From: Chiloscyllium plagiosum
Lineage: Eukaryota
Assembly: GCF_004010195.1 (NCBI RefSeq)
Contig: NW_025215147.1
Coordinates: forward strand, 9,612 to 61,057
Reading direction: 5' to 3'
Length of the DNA stretch: 51,446 bases
Positions 48,456 to 51,446 of this stretch are shown here, in pieces (within the stretch, counting starts at the first letter, position 1; the number at the start of each line of letters is the position of its first letter). The position numbers and the translations under genes are program-made. The notes beneath the pieces were generated by a model, which saw only the letters and a program-made list of their open reading frames with translations, ran no database searches and was not told the origin of the DNA.

Positions 48456-48839
48456 AAATGAGAATGGTAATGATGACTTCAGAGTTTGTTTTAGCTCGCA
48501 CACATTGCTGTGATGAAGGACAATGAAGGAGGGAGAGTGTAATAGGCCGTTCCTTCTCAGGAAGATTACATTTTCTCCCTCTCTGATTTGAATCACGCAA
48601 TAATATCATCCTTTCCCAAACTGGACCATGTGAGGTCTCCTTGTACATTGTCAAACTATGTCTCCATCACATTCCCTGTTCTATGTAGGTGCATCATTGC
48701 TACTGTCATACACAGAGCCATACCCTTAGCAGAAAATGGTCTCAGCCGATTTGAAATATGTTTACATGGCCCTGCGTCATTAAAAAAATAAAATATTTAA
48801 TGTATTCAGAATACCTGCGTTAAAACGCATGCATTTTTT

Positions 48840-49144
48840 GAAAGTCCAGGGGGGCCCTCAGCCGCCCAGTTCACCAAAATATTTTTCCTTGCACAGAAAG
48901 AAAGAATAGAAAATAGTCACTTCCCGTACGTGTCCAGGGAGGGAAAGTTCGAAAAGCCCAAGAGGAGAGATACAGGGTCAACTTTAATTTCCGTTCCTAA
49001 AATTTCTGTCAGGGTACTTGCTACTTTAGTCCAATATCCACGGATCTTATGACAGGTCCATAAGCAATGTACAAGAGTGCCCACCTCTATTTTGCATTTA
49101 GGACACATTGGAGATGCTCCTGCCTGAAATTTTGCCAATCGAAC
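48840..49144 (-). mobile_element. L1-clade LINE ORF2 C-terminal cysteine-rich fragment
   Basis: SPMCPKCKIEVGTLVHCLWTCHKIRGYW...SLLLG (CxxC-x7-H-x4-C motif of L1 ORF2); runs into the N-gap. Confidence 0.88.
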
Positions 49145-50489
49145 NNNNNNNNNNNNNNNNNNNNNNNNNNNNNNNNNNNNNNNNNNNNNNNNNNNNNNNN
49201 NNNNNNNNNNNNNNNNNNNNNNNNNNNNNNNNNNNNNNNNNNNNNNNNNNNNNNNNNNNNNNNNNNNNNNNNNNNNNNNNNNNNNNNNNNNNNNNNNNNN
49301 NNNNNNNNNNNNNNNNNNNNNNNNNNNNNNNNNNNNNNNNNNNNNNNNNNNNNNNNNNNNNNNNNNNNNNNNNNNNNNNNNNNNNNNNNNNNNNNNNNNN
49401 NNNNNNNNNNNNNNNNNNNNNNNNNNNNNNNNNNNNNNNCCATTTTGATTTTATAAACCTTTACTGCTGCGAAATGTGACTCCAATCAACACGAATGGCT
49501 GTACTTTCAGTCATCCTGGGCCAAAGTTCTGAAATGCAATACTGACACCTCTTCCTTCTCCATCAAGTCAAAATCCATTTTAATCAGTTTGTTCAGGTGT
49601 ATTATGAGACACTTCTGTGGGATTTGCACCTAGACCTTTGTGCCCGGAGGTAGGGACACTAGCATCACTCAGCAACACCCATAAAGCTGTAACAGTATTC
49701 TCCTGTGTGTTTGTTCATCAGCCTGTTCTGACATGCTGTGACATACCTCTGCAACAGGCAGGACTTGAATCCAGACCTTCTAGTCCAGAGCTTGGAGCAT
49801 TACCACACAAGTTCAGGAATTGGAATCAAATCCAGAGATCTGGCTCAGAGGCAGGGACACTACCCAGCACACTACCATACCCAGATTTTGAGTCATATTT
49901 TAGAGCCCACTTTCAGCTCGGTGTGGATTTATTACAATCAGGTTACCATTACTGAATTACAAAACACAATTTGTATTATGAATCAAATGCAAGATATTAG
50001 TCTCAACTGTCGGATATTGAGTGCATGTGCTGTGCCATCGAAATTAACTATGACCATCTTTAATCGCTATTATCTGTAGTCTGCAATATTCGGGAAAGAA
50101 ATCTTGCAGACACACTCTGCCCAATGAAAGGTCTCAAATAGATATTTATTACTGAACACCAGAGACGAAGGAAGAGCTTAATTTCTGGTCACAAAACACC
50201 GATCACTCTTAACCAACTCTAACGTGCGACTGCCTTCTTCCTAAATCAATGAAATGATACCAGGCCGGTTATTACTGTCCAGCCTCTCCCCCTCACTGAC
50301 TGTGTGTTCAATCTATCCCACCTCCTCCTATCCACACAAGGCAACCCAAGCTCGGGGTCTTTGTGAAAATCAAGGCCGGAGTGTGCAGGCCTCCTGGAGA
50401 GGGGGATGGGCATTTTAAAACTGAAGGGGGTGGGTGAGGTGACAGTAATATCACACACTCGACTGAGGGGTGGCAGATGGAGTTTAGTT

Positions 50490-51300
50490 TGGATTAATGG
50501 GAGATATTGGATTTGGTAAATCAAACAAGAGCAGGATCTATACAATTAAAAGCAGGGCCTTTGGCAGTGTTGTAGGACAGAGACCTAGGCCGTCAGTTAT
50601 AATTCTTTAAAATTTGCATCTCATACAGATAGTGCGGTTAAGAAGGTGTTTAACACACTTGTCTTCATTGGTCAGACCTTTGAGTATCGGAATTGGAACG
50701 TCATGTTGAGGTTGTACAGGACATTGGTGAGACCTCTTCTGGAATACTGTGTCCAGCCTGGTCATCCTGCCAGCTCATTCCATAGGCACACCACCCTCTG
50801 GGTGAAAAAGCTGCCCCTTCGGTCACTTTTAAATGTTTCCCCTCTCACCTTAAGCCTATGTCCTCTAGTTGTGGTCTCCCCTACCCTTAGAAAACACCTT
50901 GACTATTCACTTTGAAATTATTGATCTTGATATAATTAAGCTGGAGAGAGTTGAGAACAGATTAACCTGGATGTTTCTGGGAATGGAGGGAGTGAGCTAT
51001 AACGAGAGGCTGGTCTGGGACTTTTTTTACTGGAGAGTATGAGATTAAGGGGTAACTTTACAGAGGTTTATAAAATCATGAGGGACACAGATAAGCTGAA
51101 GGGCTGATGTATTTTCCCTAGAGTTGGGGATTCAAAACTGAGGGATATTTTAAGGTGCGAGGAAAAAGATTTACAGAAATCATGAGAGGTAATTATTTGA
51201 GATAGAATCTGGCTTGTGTGTGGAATGAACCTCCAGAGGAAGTGGTGAAAGCAGGGACAGTTACAACGTTTAAAAGACATTTAGATCAGTCCATGGATAA
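50490..51300. mobile_element. CR1 fragments (+ strand, with a short nested - strand piece at about 50765-50912)
   Basis: LRLYRTLVRPLLEYCVQ and WNEPPEEVV motifs. Confidence 0.85.
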
Positions 51301-51307
51301 GACATCA

Positions 51308-51446
51308 GTTTGGATGGTGCTGTGAGCAGCTGCCCTCTCCCTCCCCATCTCTGAATGAATCTCTGTTGGTTTTCACCCACTGCCAATGCCTGTGCAGTGG
51401 CATGTGGAGGCCAGCAGAGGGTGGCATTGCATCACTTTAAGCACCA
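51308..51446 (-). pseudogene. Module X copy 4 fragment (runs off the window end)
   Basis: tttggatggtgctgtg...gaggccagcagag...attgcatcactttaag matches 5617-5830. Confidence 0.5.

Larger units (their letters stand above)
47220..48830 (-). pseudogene. Decayed intronless ORF, module Y copy D2 (split by CR1, microsatellite and SINE)
   Basis: Segments 47220-47444, 47918-48145 and 48460-48830 align to 100-1000: TGNVMET*..QGDLTWSSLGKDDIIA*, NSLESTHCLKQREFSQ, FVMSSNNIWTKFF and LTLTQSETDIIGHITHLVT. Confidence 0.6.

Noticed and set aside
5263..49485. ORFs spanning N-gaps or (TG)/(CA) microsatellites
   Set aside because: They are open only because of Ns or low-complexity sequence.

Overview
Eukaryotic, repeat-rich genomic DNA with five N-gaps. 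The repeat content (CR1-clade LINEs with short tandem tails, tRNA-derived HE1-type SINEs, Penelope GIY-YIG fragments) points to a cartilaginous fish, probably a shark; this is an inference. I find no intact host gene. Most of the window is decayed CR1/SINE/Penelope sequence. It also holds one degenerate Ty3/gypsy LTR element (12.9-16.5 kb), an L1 3' fragment, a retroviral env immunosuppressive-domain fragment (43.6 kb) and several local duplications. The most unusual signal appears once the TE insertions are removed: the remaining unique DNA is a family of intronless, stop-riddled, mutually paralogous reading frames, all on the minus strand. Two modules recur. Module X (LENxGW...PLS...HVxDP...HPExxHxI) lies at about 5.1-5.8, 16.5-17.5, 44.9-45.15 and 50.3-51.4 kb. 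Module Y (DSLES...FY...LxNxRIL...FxVSS) lies at about 0.1-0.95, 7.5-8.7, 11.0-12.9 and 47.2-48.8 kb. X is usually upstream of Y. The copies align codon by codon with many synonymous differences, so they once encoded proteins, but I cannot name the family. A cluster of endogenous viral elements and a dead tandem gene family are the two main hypotheses. All alignments were made by eye and boundaries are approximate.
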